Source of the DNA: an uncultured Acidobacteriaceae bacterium
GTDB taxonomy: Bacteria > Acidobacteriota > Terriglobia > Terriglobales > Acidobacteriaceae
DNA: 64,000 nt
Direction: 5' to 3'
Assembly (NCBI GenBank): GCA_963808195.1
Contig: CAWEEW010000001.1
Coordinates: 561,130 to 625,129 of the forward strand
Of the stretch, positions 56,660 through 64,000 are shown one piece after another. Each line of letters opens with the position of its first letter. Position 1 is the first letter of the stretch. Under the pieces are notes generated by a model that had not been told where the DNA came from, did no database searches, and was given only the letters and a program-made list of their open reading frames with translations. A program made the position numbers and the translations under genes.

Positions 56660-57943
56660 CTACGTTTTCACGCGCTTGTACTCGTCAAACTTCTCTAGGA
56701 ATCTGTCGATATCCTTCTTCTGCAAATAATACGGCGTCGACAGCCGCAGCTTGTTGGGGTCTGCGCCGCGAATTCTGATTTTGTGGGTCTTCCACATCCA
56801 GTTTTCTAAATCCATGCGCGGGACCGGCGGCACATTCACCGTGACGATCGCGCAACGCAGGGCGGAATCGGGCGAAGTCCAGGATTCCGCGCCGCGTTTC
56901 TTCATTTCATCCAGCATGTAGTCGGCGAGTTTTCGATGGCGCCGCTCGATGCGGTCTAAGCCAATATCGTTCGCCAATTTGATGGAAGCGCGCAATCCCC
57001 ACAGTGCCGGGACGTTCGAGCTGCCGATTCGCTGGAATCGTTCGGCGCGGAGCTTGGGATCGTCCCAACCCTCGGTGACAATCGTATTCCACAGGCGATC
57101 GATCACTTCGTCGCGCACGTAAAGAAATCCTGAGCCCTTGGGTGCCTGCAGCCACTTGTGCGGGCTCGACGAGTACATGTCGCAGCCGAGGTCGCGAATA
57201 TTCAGGCGCATCATCCCGGTGACGTGCGCGCCGTCAATCGCGGAAAGAATCCCTTTCATGCGAGCGAGTGCACTGAGCTCTTTCGCGGGAAGAACCACAC
57301 CGGAAAAAGTCGTGATGTGACTGAAGAAGATCACGCGTGTGCGCGGAGTGATGGCATCGTTGAAAAGATTGAGAACCTGCGCGGCGTCTTTTACAGGGCG
57401 GGGAAGGACGACTCGCTTCACCACGATGCCGTAGCGCTTGGCCTTCAGGTTCCACGGGTGCTCGCCGCCGGGGTGCTCCTGATCGGTCATCAGCACTTCG
57501 TCGCCGGGCTTCAGGTCGATGCCGTTTGCGATGTAGCTGTTCGCTTCCGTGGCGTTGCGGAGCAGTGCGATCTCATCGCGATGGCAACCGACGAAGGCGG
57601 CGAGGGGATCACGAAACTCGTTCCAGGAGGCGTATCCCCAGATGGGATAGTCTTCGGGATCCTGCTGATCCATCTTCTCAGTCGTGGTGTAGCCCTCGAA
57701 AACGGCGCGCAGCACCGGCGCGGGGCTGGAGCCGACGGTCCCGTTGTTCAGATAAATTTCGTCCTCGGGAATCAGGAATTGCTTGCGCAGTTCGCTCCAG
57801 TAGGTGTCCTCATTCTTATCGAAGAGAGCGGAGTCGGGCAAGGTCGAGGGAACTTTCTCAAGCTGGGCAATGAGGTTCCCACGAACGGCCAAGGTGGCGG
57901 CGAGTGTGGTTGTGGTCGTGAGGAAACGGCGGCGGTCGAGCAA
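56660..57943 (-). CDS. Tat-signal, class V-fold PLP-dependent aminotransferase/desulfurase-like enzyme
   Basis: ORF to 58123. TTG 57943 is preceded by GGGAGG and gives LLDRRRFLTTTTTLAATLAV (twin-arginine signal). The fold-type I class V pattern includes the SSPHKW PLP-lysine motif. Confidence 0.8.
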   Translation of the reverse strand: MLDRRRFLTTTTTLAATLAVRGNLIAQLEKVPSTLPDSALFDKNEDTYWSELRKQFLIPEDEIYLNNGTVGSSPAPVLRAVFEGYTTTEKMDQQDPEDYPIWGYASWNEFRDPLAAFVGCHRDEIALLRNATEANSYIANGIDLKPGDEVLMTDQEHPGGEHPWNLKAKRYGIVVKRVVLPRPVKDAAQVLNLFNDAITPRTRVIFFSHITTFSGVVLPAKELSALARMKGILSAIDGAHVTGMMRLNIRDLGCDMYSSSPHKWLQAPKGSGFLYVRDEVIDRLWNTIVTEGWDDPKLRAERFQRIGSSNVPALWGLRASIKLANDIGLDRIERRHRKLADYMLDEMKKRGAESWTSPDSALRCAIVTVNVPPVPRMDLENWMWKTHKIRIRGADPNKLRLSTPYYLQKKDIDRFLEKFDEYKRVKT

Positions 57944-58214
57944 GCGCACCTCCCGGGGATGGAAGACGGAACGGGCTATGTTACGACCTGCGCGGACGCC
58001 GGGCAAGGAGGGAATCGGTGGCTCGGTGATCTGCCGCCGCTGGAGCCGTTTTGAGTCAATATTTCGAACCGGGATTTTGATTTCGCAGGCCAATCCTGGA
58101 TAACCCGAAACGCAGAATGGCACGTCTAACCCGATAGGGTGGAGTTCGGGCGCTGGGGCTTGTAACCCGGGCGTATAATCGTCGTAAGAGTACGTGGCCG
58201 CAAAAGGGGTATTT

Positions 58215-59411
58215 ATGAAATTGCGATGGGTGGCAATCTCTGTAGCATTCGCGGCGTTCAGCGCAGGGCCTTGGACGTGGGCGCAGACACAAGATCCTAG
58301 TCAGAATCCCGGTCAGAACAATCCTCCTCAGACTCAACCTGGACCGAGCCAGAGTCCAACTCAAACACCGGTTCCAACGCAAGATCCCGACAACGGCCAG
58401 CCGAAGGCCGGCGATGTGCAGAATGCGCCAAAGCAAGCTCCCGCGGCGCTTCCTACGAAAGATGACGACGCGATTAAGCACGACGGCACCAAGACCGACG
58501 TGGACGCGGTGGGAAACCGCAACGTAGGTTGCGGTCGCGGCGTAGGGAACTGGTATACCGTGGAAGGGCAGGTGGCGCGGGGACGAGTTTACGCGCAGCA
58601 GATCGAGTCGCAGATCAAACTGGTGAACGATCCCGTGGTCACCGAGTACGTGAACCGTATCGGCCAGAACCTGGTGCGCAACTCCGATGCTCAGGTGCCG
58701 TTCACCATTAAGGTGATTGATTCTGACGTAGTGAACGCCATGGCACTGCCCGGCGGCTTCTTCTATGTGAACTCCGGCCTGATCCTTGCGGCCGACGAAG
58801 AAGCTGAGATGGCGGGCGTAATGGCTCACGAGATCGCTCACGTAGCGGCCTGCCACTACGGGCGCGAAATGACCCGGCTGAACCTGTTGCAGATGGCTTC
58901 CATTCCAGCCATTTTCATGGGCGGCGCGCTCGGATACGGAATCTATGAAGGTATGGGACTGGCGGTCCCAATGACATTCCTCAGGTTCTCGCGTGGCTTC
59001 GAGGCTGAAGCTGATTATCTCGGCGTCGAGTATATGTATCGCGCTGGTTATGATCCATCGGCCTTTGTCTCGTTCTTCGAGAAGATTCAGGCGATGGAGA
59101 AGAAAAAGCCCGGGACGCTTTCAAAGGCTTTCGACACACACCCGCAGACTCCGGACCGCATCGAGAAGACGCAGGATGAAATTCGCAAGATTCTGCCGTC
59201 GAAACCACAGTACATTGTGACGACCTCGGAATTCGACGAAGTCAAGGCGCGGCTGGCGTCGATTGAGAATCGTCACAAGGTGCTGGATCAGAAGGATGGC
59301 AACAAGCCCAGCTTGCGCCGGACTTCGACCAGCAGCGACGGGAACTCGGGCGACACCAAGAGCGATGACGATCAACCGACCCTGAAGCGGCGCGACGATT
59401 CGGCGAATTAG
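58215..59411 (+). CDS. Secreted M48 family zinc metalloprotease (BepA/Ste24-like)
   Basis: ORF from 58194. ATG 58215 gives a signal peptide, then a Q/P-rich low-complexity stretch. HEIAHV zinc motif and a C-terminal THPQTPDR motif. Confidence 0.85.
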   Translation: MKLRWVAISVAFAAFSAGPWTWAQTQDPSQNPGQNNPPQTQPGPSQSPTQTPVPTQDPDNGQPKAGDVQNAPKQAPAALPTKDDDAIKHDGTKTDVDAVGNRNVGCGRGVGNWYTVEGQVARGRVYAQQIESQIKLVNDPVVTEYVNRIGQNLVRNSDAQVPFTIKVIDSDVVNAMALPGGFFYVNSGLILAADEEAEMAGVMAHEIAHVAACHYGREMTRLNLLQMASIPAIFMGGALGYGIYEGMGLAVPMTFLRFSRGFEAEADYLGVEYMYRAGYDPSAFVSFFEKIQAMEKKKPGTLSKAFDTHPQTPDRIEKTQDEIRKILPSKPQYIVTTSEFDEVKARLASIENRHKVLDQKDGNKPSLRRTSTSSDGNSGDTKSDDDQPTLKRRDDSAN

Positions 59412-59460
59412 GATGATCAGGCGGTTGAATGTGGTCGAGACCGAAAGTTAGAAGTGAGAA

Positions 59461-59484
59461 AACCGGCGGCCTTGGCCGCCGGTT
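59461..59484 (+). terminator. Terminator hairpin AACCGGCGGCC-tt-GGCCGCCGGTT
   Basis: 11-bp perfect stem 50 nt after the M48 stop. Confidence 0.6.
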
Positions 59485-59636
59485 GGCATTTAGGGAGTGA
59501 TTTAAGGTTAAATTGGGCCTTCACGGGTTCAAGTTCCCACCGTATCATAAAAAATAGTGACCGTAGTCACCGCCGGGTGTTGCCGAACCAAATAGGCTGA
59601 GCTACGCTATAAGGGCTAGCATAGGAGCTGTTCTTC

Positions 59637-60977
59637 ATGCCGGAGAATACCCTCACCATCACGGACAATCGCACTGGCCAGAAGTATGACGTCCCGATCG
59701 AGAATGGCACGATCCGGGCGATGGATTTGCGCAAGATCAAAACCGGGCCAGAAGATTTTGGGCTGATGACCTACGATCCCGCGTTCATGAATACGGCATC
59801 GTGCCGCAGCAGCATCACCTACATCGATGGAGACCGCGGAATCCTGCGTTATCGCGGCTATCCCATTGAAGTGTTGGCGGAGCGCTGCACTTTTCTCGAA
59901 GTCGCCTATCTGCTGCTTTTTGGCGAATTGCCCACCGAGCCTGAACTGAAGAACTGGGTCTACGAAATCACGCACCACACCATGTTGCATGAAACCACAA
60001 AGAAATTCATGGAGGGTTTCCGCTACGACGGCCACCCCATGGGAATGTTTGTGAGCACGATGGCGGCGCTTTCCACGATGTACCCGGATGCGAAGAATGT
60101 GCACGATCCAGCCAACCGGCTATTGCAGATTAAGCGGGTGATTGGCAAGGCGCCTTCCATCGCCGCCATGTCGTACCGCCACAACGTCGGATTTCCTTAT
60201 GTCTATCCCGACAATGATTTGAACTATGCCGAGAATTTCATGAATATGTTGTGGAAGATGGTCGAGCCTAAGTACCTGGCCAATCCGGCGATCGCACGGG
60301 CGCTCGACATTCTGTTCATTCTGCACGCCGATCACGAGCAGAATTGTGGCACCAACGCGATGCGCTCGGTGGCCAGCGCGCAAACCGATCCTTTTCTCGC
60401 TACGGCGTCCGCTGCTTCCGCTCTGGCTGGCCCGCTGCACGGCGGCGCGAACGAAGAAGTGTTGCGCATGCTCGACGAAATCGGCTCAAAAGATAATGTT
60501 CACGCCTACATCAAAAAGGTGAAAGACGGTGGCGAGAAACTGATGGGATTCGGACACCGCATCTACAAGAACTACGATCCCCGGGCGAAAATCATTCGCT
60601 GGTGCGCCGAGCAGGTGTTTGAGGTGACCGGACGCAATCCCAAACTTGACATCGCCTTGGAGTTGGAGCGCATCGCTCTCGAGGACGAATACTTCGTAAA
60701 GCGCAAGCTTTATCCCAACGTCGATTTTTATTCGGGAATTATGTACCAGGCGATGGGTTTCCGCCCCGAGATGTTCACGGTGCTGTTTGCCATTCCACGC
60801 ACTGCAGGATGGCTGGCGCAATGGCAGGAGTTGGTGACCGATCCTGAGCAGAAGATCGCGCGTCCCCGGCAGATCTACACAGGGTACGATCAGCGGGAAT
60901 TTGTGCCGATGGAGAAGAGGGTCGCCGCATGCAGTTCCGGCGCGCTAGCTCAAGTGGGGGAGTTTAAGCGAACCTAA
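59637..60977 (+). CDS. gltA: Citrate synthase (type II)
   Basis: 446 aa with ILHADHEQN, GPLHGGANE and GFGHRIYKNYDPR catalytic motifs. Confidence 0.95.
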   Translation: MPENTLTITDNRTGQKYDVPIENGTIRAMDLRKIKTGPEDFGLMTYDPAFMNTASCRSSITYIDGDRGILRYRGYPIEVLAERCTFLEVAYLLLFGELPTEPELKNWVYEITHHTMLHETTKKFMEGFRYDGHPMGMFVSTMAALSTMYPDAKNVHDPANRLLQIKRVIGKAPSIAAMSYRHNVGFPYVYPDNDLNYAENFMNMLWKMVEPKYLANPAIARALDILFILHADHEQNCGTNAMRSVASAQTDPFLATASAASALAGPLHGGANEEVLRMLDEIGSKDNVHAYIKKVKDGGEKLMGFGHRIYKNYDPRAKIIRWCAEQVFEVTGRNPKLDIALELERIALEDEYFVKRKLYPNVDFYSGIMYQAMGFRPEMFTVLFAIPRTAGWLAQWQELVTDPEQKIARPRQIYTGYDQREFVPMEKRVAACSSGALAQVGEFKRT

Positions 60978-60983
60978 TCTGAT

Positions 60984-61232
60984 CTAAGCGGCCTGCTTGG
61001 GGGCCAGCGAAGCTACGTACTCGCGCCGTTCGGCCGAAGACGTGATTACTTTCATCTCCTGCCAGTCGTAAGGAAATTCCCTTCCGCAATCCAGGCAAGC
61101 GACATAAGTGCCAGTCAATGCGCCAGCCTGCGGACGCCCCGTCCGTCGCATGGTTACCGGGAAGCTGTACCGCGAATGCCGGCAGCCGAAAAGAGCATCA
61201 ATCAACTTTGTCATCATTGGAGCACCTTCCAC
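60984..61232 (-). CDS. Hypothetical small zinc-ribbon-like protein
   Basis: 82-aa ORF with CRH...C..C pairs (FGCRHS, ACLDCG). No family recognised. Confidence 0.45.
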   Translation of the reverse strand: MEGAPMMTKLIDALFGCRHSRYSFPVTMRRTGRPQAGALTGTYVACLDCGREFPYDWQEMKVITSSAERREYVASLAPKQAA

Positions 61233-61530
61233 AACGAGCCGCGTCCTGGGTTGGTATGCGGTTTCGGTCCGTGCGCGCCGCTGAACTACAGTATCTCACC
61301 TGACAATCTATTAGATTCACCTGAGAAGAAAATGGTTTCGTGTTCCGGTTGTGATCTCTGAACATCCGTCCGAATAACTGGCAAGTGGCTGCCGCAGTGC
61401 TACTTACAAGCGAATGATTAAGGATTTGCACAGCGATCACGATTGAATAAGCCAGGAAATGCACCGCTGCGTCGCCTACCCGAGGAAAAAGGAACGGAGG
61501 CAGCGATGGCAGGACGACCTTCCGATAAGC

Positions 61531-62091
61531 TTAAGCCAGATTCAATGCCTTCTTAATCGTCCCACGTTCGTTCTGGATTTTCTCCTGAAGCAGAGTGATG
61601 GCATACAGTAACTGCTCGGGACGCGGCGGGCAACCGGGAACATAAACATCCACGGGGATGACCTGATTTACGCTCTGCACCAGCGCGTAATTTTGGAAAA
61701 CGCCGCCGGACGTCGCGCAAGCTCCCATCGAAATCACCCACTTCGGCTCCGGCATTTGCTCCCACAATTGCCGGATGACGGGAGCCATCTTGTTCGAGAC
61801 GCGGCCCGCAATAATCATGAGATCGCTTTGCCGTGGCGACGGACGAAATACCTCCGCACCGAAGCGTGCTAGGTCGAAGCGAGAGGCGCCCATCGACATC
61901 ATCTCGATCGCGCAACAGGCGAGGCCAAACGTCATCGGCCAGATGGACCCTTTGCGCATCCAGTTCACGGCGGAATCGAGCGTGGTCAACACCACCCCCT
62001 CCGGCGTGGGATTGCCGAAGGTTAAATCTTTCACTACCTTCTTGCCGTCTTCGAAGTCGACGTAGGGGCCGAAATTTAGTTCTGGGGGCAT
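61531..62091 (-). CDS. nuoB: NADH-quinone oxidoreductase subunit B (NuoB/20 kDa), not adjacent to other nuo genes
   Basis: [18 protein letters not shown] and VPGCPPRPE are the N2 cluster ligands. ORF to 62109 (TTG), ATG at 62091. Confidence 0.9.
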   Translation of the reverse strand: MPPELNFGPYVDFEDGKKVVKDLTFGNPTPEGVVLTTLDSAVNWMRKGSIWPMTFGLACCAIEMMSMGASRFDLARFGAEVFRPSPRQSDLMIIAGRVSNKMAPVIRQLWEQMPEPKWVISMGACATSGGVFQNYALVQSVNQVIPVDVYVPGCPPRPEQLLYAITLLQEKIQNERGTIKKALNLA

Positions 62092-62231
62092 AGCATTATT
62101 GTAAACCAACCGATTGGAAGACCGTCGCTTCTCGGTTGATGTGAAAAAGAATGGAAACGAACTTTTCTTCGGGATTACGATACCTCCCCGAAGTCGTCGA
62201 ATCTCGATAGCAAGTTGCTTGACAGCTTAAA

Positions 62232-63254
62232 TCACGGATTCACGACAACTTTGCCGAACATCTGACTCTTCTCCAGATATTCATGCGCCGCGCGAATTTC
62301 GCTGAGAGGAAACTTGCGGTCAACCACCGGCTTCAACCTGCCTGCAAAAACGTGGCGCAGCACATCGTGCAGTTCGCCCATGGTTCCCATATAGGAACCT
62401 AGCAACGTCAACTGTCTGCCAAACAGGTGTCGCAGGTCGAGGCCGACATTCGGCCCCGTCGTCGCCCCGCACGTAACCAGCGTGCCGCCACTTTTGAGGG
62501 AGCGCACACTCTCGTCCCAGGTAGCCGCTCCTACGTGCTCGACCACGATATCAACCCCTTCTTTGTTCGTGATCTTCCGCACTTCCTCGGAAATTTTCTG
62601 CGTGTAATGGTTGATGCCGTAGTCGGCGCCAAGCTGGCGGCCTCTCTCTAACTTCGATTCGTCGCCCGCGGTCGTAATAACGCGGCAGAGGAAGAGCTTG
62701 GCAATCTGAATTGCAGCGATGCCGACGCCGGAGCTTGCTCCCAGCACGAGCACGGTCTGTCCCAGGCGAATGCCGGCGCGCCCCACCAGCATGTGCCACG
62801 CGGTCAAAAATACCAGCGGCACACTTGCCGCCTGATTGAAGTCGAGCGAGTCAGGAATCGGAACCACATTAGCTGCCGGCACTGCGATCAGTTCGCAGTT
62901 ACCTCCATCGACCGCGTTGCCCAGCGCTGTAAACTGCCGGCACTGGTTCTGAACTCCGGCAACACACTGCGCGCAATATCCGCAGAAATGCGTGGGCGCG
63001 AGCAACACCCGCTGACCGGTTTTGAATCCGCTGACGTAGTCGCCCGCCTCGACCACTTCACCCGCAACGTCGCTGCCGAGAATGTGAGGCAACTTTACGC
63101 CCGGTAATCCCTTGCGCACCCACACATCAAGATGATTGAGCGCGCAAGCCCGTACCCGAACGAGCACTTGATCATCGCGCGGCACCGGATCGGGCACGTC
63201 TTCATACGTCAAGACTTCCGGGCCACCAAATTGATGAATGCGAACCGCTTTCAT
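62232..63254 (-). CDS. Zinc-type alcohol dehydrogenase-like / quinone oxidoreductase (MDR superfamily)
   Basis: MKAVRIHQFGGPEVL..., CALNHLD and the GASSGVGIAAIQIAK nucleotide site. Confidence 0.85.
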   Translation of the reverse strand: MKAVRIHQFGGPEVLTYEDVPDPVPRDDQVLVRVRACALNHLDVWVRKGLPGVKLPHILGSDVAGEVVEAGDYVSGFKTGQRVLLAPTHFCGYCAQCVAGVQNQCRQFTALGNAVDGGNCELIAVPAANVVPIPDSLDFNQAASVPLVFLTAWHMLVGRAGIRLGQTVLVLGASSGVGIAAIQIAKLFLCRVITTAGDESKLERGRQLGADYGINHYTQKISEEVRKITNKEGVDIVVEHVGAATWDESVRSLKSGGTLVTCGATTGPNVGLDLRHLFGRQLTLLGSYMGTMGELHDVLRHVFAGRLKPVVDRKFPLSEIRAAHEYLEKSQMFGKVVVNP

Positions 63255-63458
63255 GGATTCTCCTGTTCGATGAGGCTAGACAAGAATACGTGTCCTGATG
63301 GCGAATTCTCAATCCCGACTTCCGTATGCACACACAATGTCTATTTTATGAGCCCCGGCGAGATGAGCAACGAGCCAGGGCTTTTGCATTTGTAACCCCA
63401 GTTTGACTCCCTCTGTTAACCGACTGATAATCACACCTGCGGCCTAGTTCCGTGCCTC

Positions 63459-64000
63459 ATGGATATCTACGAACAAATCGTGCAGCTTCGCCGTGAGGGC
63501 CGTCGCGGCGCGGTAGCTACCATTGTGAATGTCAGGGGGTCGATCCCTTCGTTCCACACGGCGAAGATGCTGGTGCGCGATGACGGCTCGATTGTCGGTA
63601 CCATCGGCGGCGGATGCGTCGAGGCTGATGTGTGGCAGGCGTCGCGAGAGGTTATGGAATCGGAGAAGCCGCGTACTCTGATCTTCGACCTGAATCAGGA
63701 TCCGAAATACGATACCGGCTTGGTTTGCGGAGGAACGCTGGAAGTTTTTATCGAGCCAGTGCTGCCTCCAGCGTTACTTTATATTTTCGGCGCAGGCCAT
63801 GTTGCCATTAATCTTTGTAAGACCGCGGCAAATGCCGGATTTGATGTCGTCGTTACCGATGATCGAACCTCCTACGCCACTCAAGCGCGTTTTCCAGCGG
63901 CTCGCGAGGTTCATGCAGGCGACTTTGATGAGGCCATTCGCACGCTGGACCCGACCGAAGATGCCTACATCGTGATTGTGACGCGAGGTCATCGCGACGA
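63459..64000 (+). CDS. XdhC/CoxI family accessory protein (5' part; runs off window end)
   Basis: Not in ORF track because there is no stop. My translation gives MDIYEQIVQLRREGRRGAVATIVNVRGSIPSFHTAKMLVRDDGSIVGTIGGGCVEADV...LYIFGAGHVA...IVTRGHRD, the typical XdhC layout. Confidence 0.75.
   Translation, partial: MDIYEQIVQLRREGRRGAVATIVNVRGSIPSFHTAKMLVRDDGSIVGTIGGGCVEADVWQASREVMESEKPRTLIFDLNQDPKYDTGLVCGGTLEVFIEPVLPPALLYIFGAGHVAINLCKTAANAGFDVVVTDDRTSYATQARFPAAREVHAGDFDEAIRTLDPTEDAYIVIVTRGHRD

Noticed and set aside
57158-58856. 298-aa plus-strand and 266-aa minus-strand ORFs
   Set aside because: They lie antisense to the aminotransferase and M48 protease genes respectively. They are R/G-rich shadow ORFs.
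61233-61530. 88-aa and 61-aa ORFs in the gap downstream of nuoB
   Set aside because: No SD and odd composition. The two overlap each other on opposite strands and are treated as non-coding.
63393-63430. TTGTAAC ... TTTGACT ... TGTTAAC upstream of the xdhC-family gene, resembling the pstS repeat unit
   Set aside because: The spacing is 12 nt rather than 11, the units are not identical, and single 7-mer matches are expected by chance in 64 kb.

Overview
GC-rich bacterial chromosomal window with about 60 protein-coding genes on both strands. I saw no rRNA, tRNA or CRISPR array by eye. Gene content plus a GTCATCCTGAGCG...AAGGATCC intergenic hairpin repeat suggest an Acidobacteriota-like diderm, but the taxon is inference only. 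Blocks from left to right: (1) a partial GH15 glucoamylase. (2) A roughly 16.5-kb phosphate/polyphosphate supercluster: pstS, coiled-coil porin, ppk1, sixA, ppx, Cys-rich secreted protein, CHAD protein, pstCAB-phoU, and a secreted beta-propeller/phosphoesterase fusion. (3) Housekeeping and envelope genes: PilZ-like protein, nadE, DsbA-like, orphan TPR-secretin, ymdB, ABC SBP, DUF1697, anmK-nagZ, mutS, GalT-like. (4) A small-peptide/hairpin/membrane-protein operon, NIPSNAP and PAS-GGDEF-EAL. (5) A heme cluster (hemX-like, hemA, hemC ... hemD) interrupted by DUF4442-like and paiB genes, then an S9 peptidase and nth. (6) A 3-kb run of small genes (dedA, SnoaL-like, GAF-ANTAR, secreted unknowns) punctuated by three hairpins built from tandem heptamers. 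(7) The most unusual part, 50.2-56.8 kb. An inositol-3-phosphate synthase carries an integrase-like N-terminal extension. It is followed by a mosaic of a small ORF, vapBC, a frameshifted BNR/sialidase-like gene and a DUF2235/Tle1-like hydrolase. The mosaic is partitioned by decayed direct copies of the 3' ends of the synthase and of the convergent Tat-signal PLP aminotransferase. (8) M48 protease, gltA, orphan nuoB, MDR oxidoreductase and a partial xdhC-family gene. I found no cluster I can confidently call a new multi-gene system. The best follow-up candidates are the 3'-end-repeat mosaic, the heptamer hairpins and the peptide-hairpin-membrane operon. All identity estimates are by eye, not computed.
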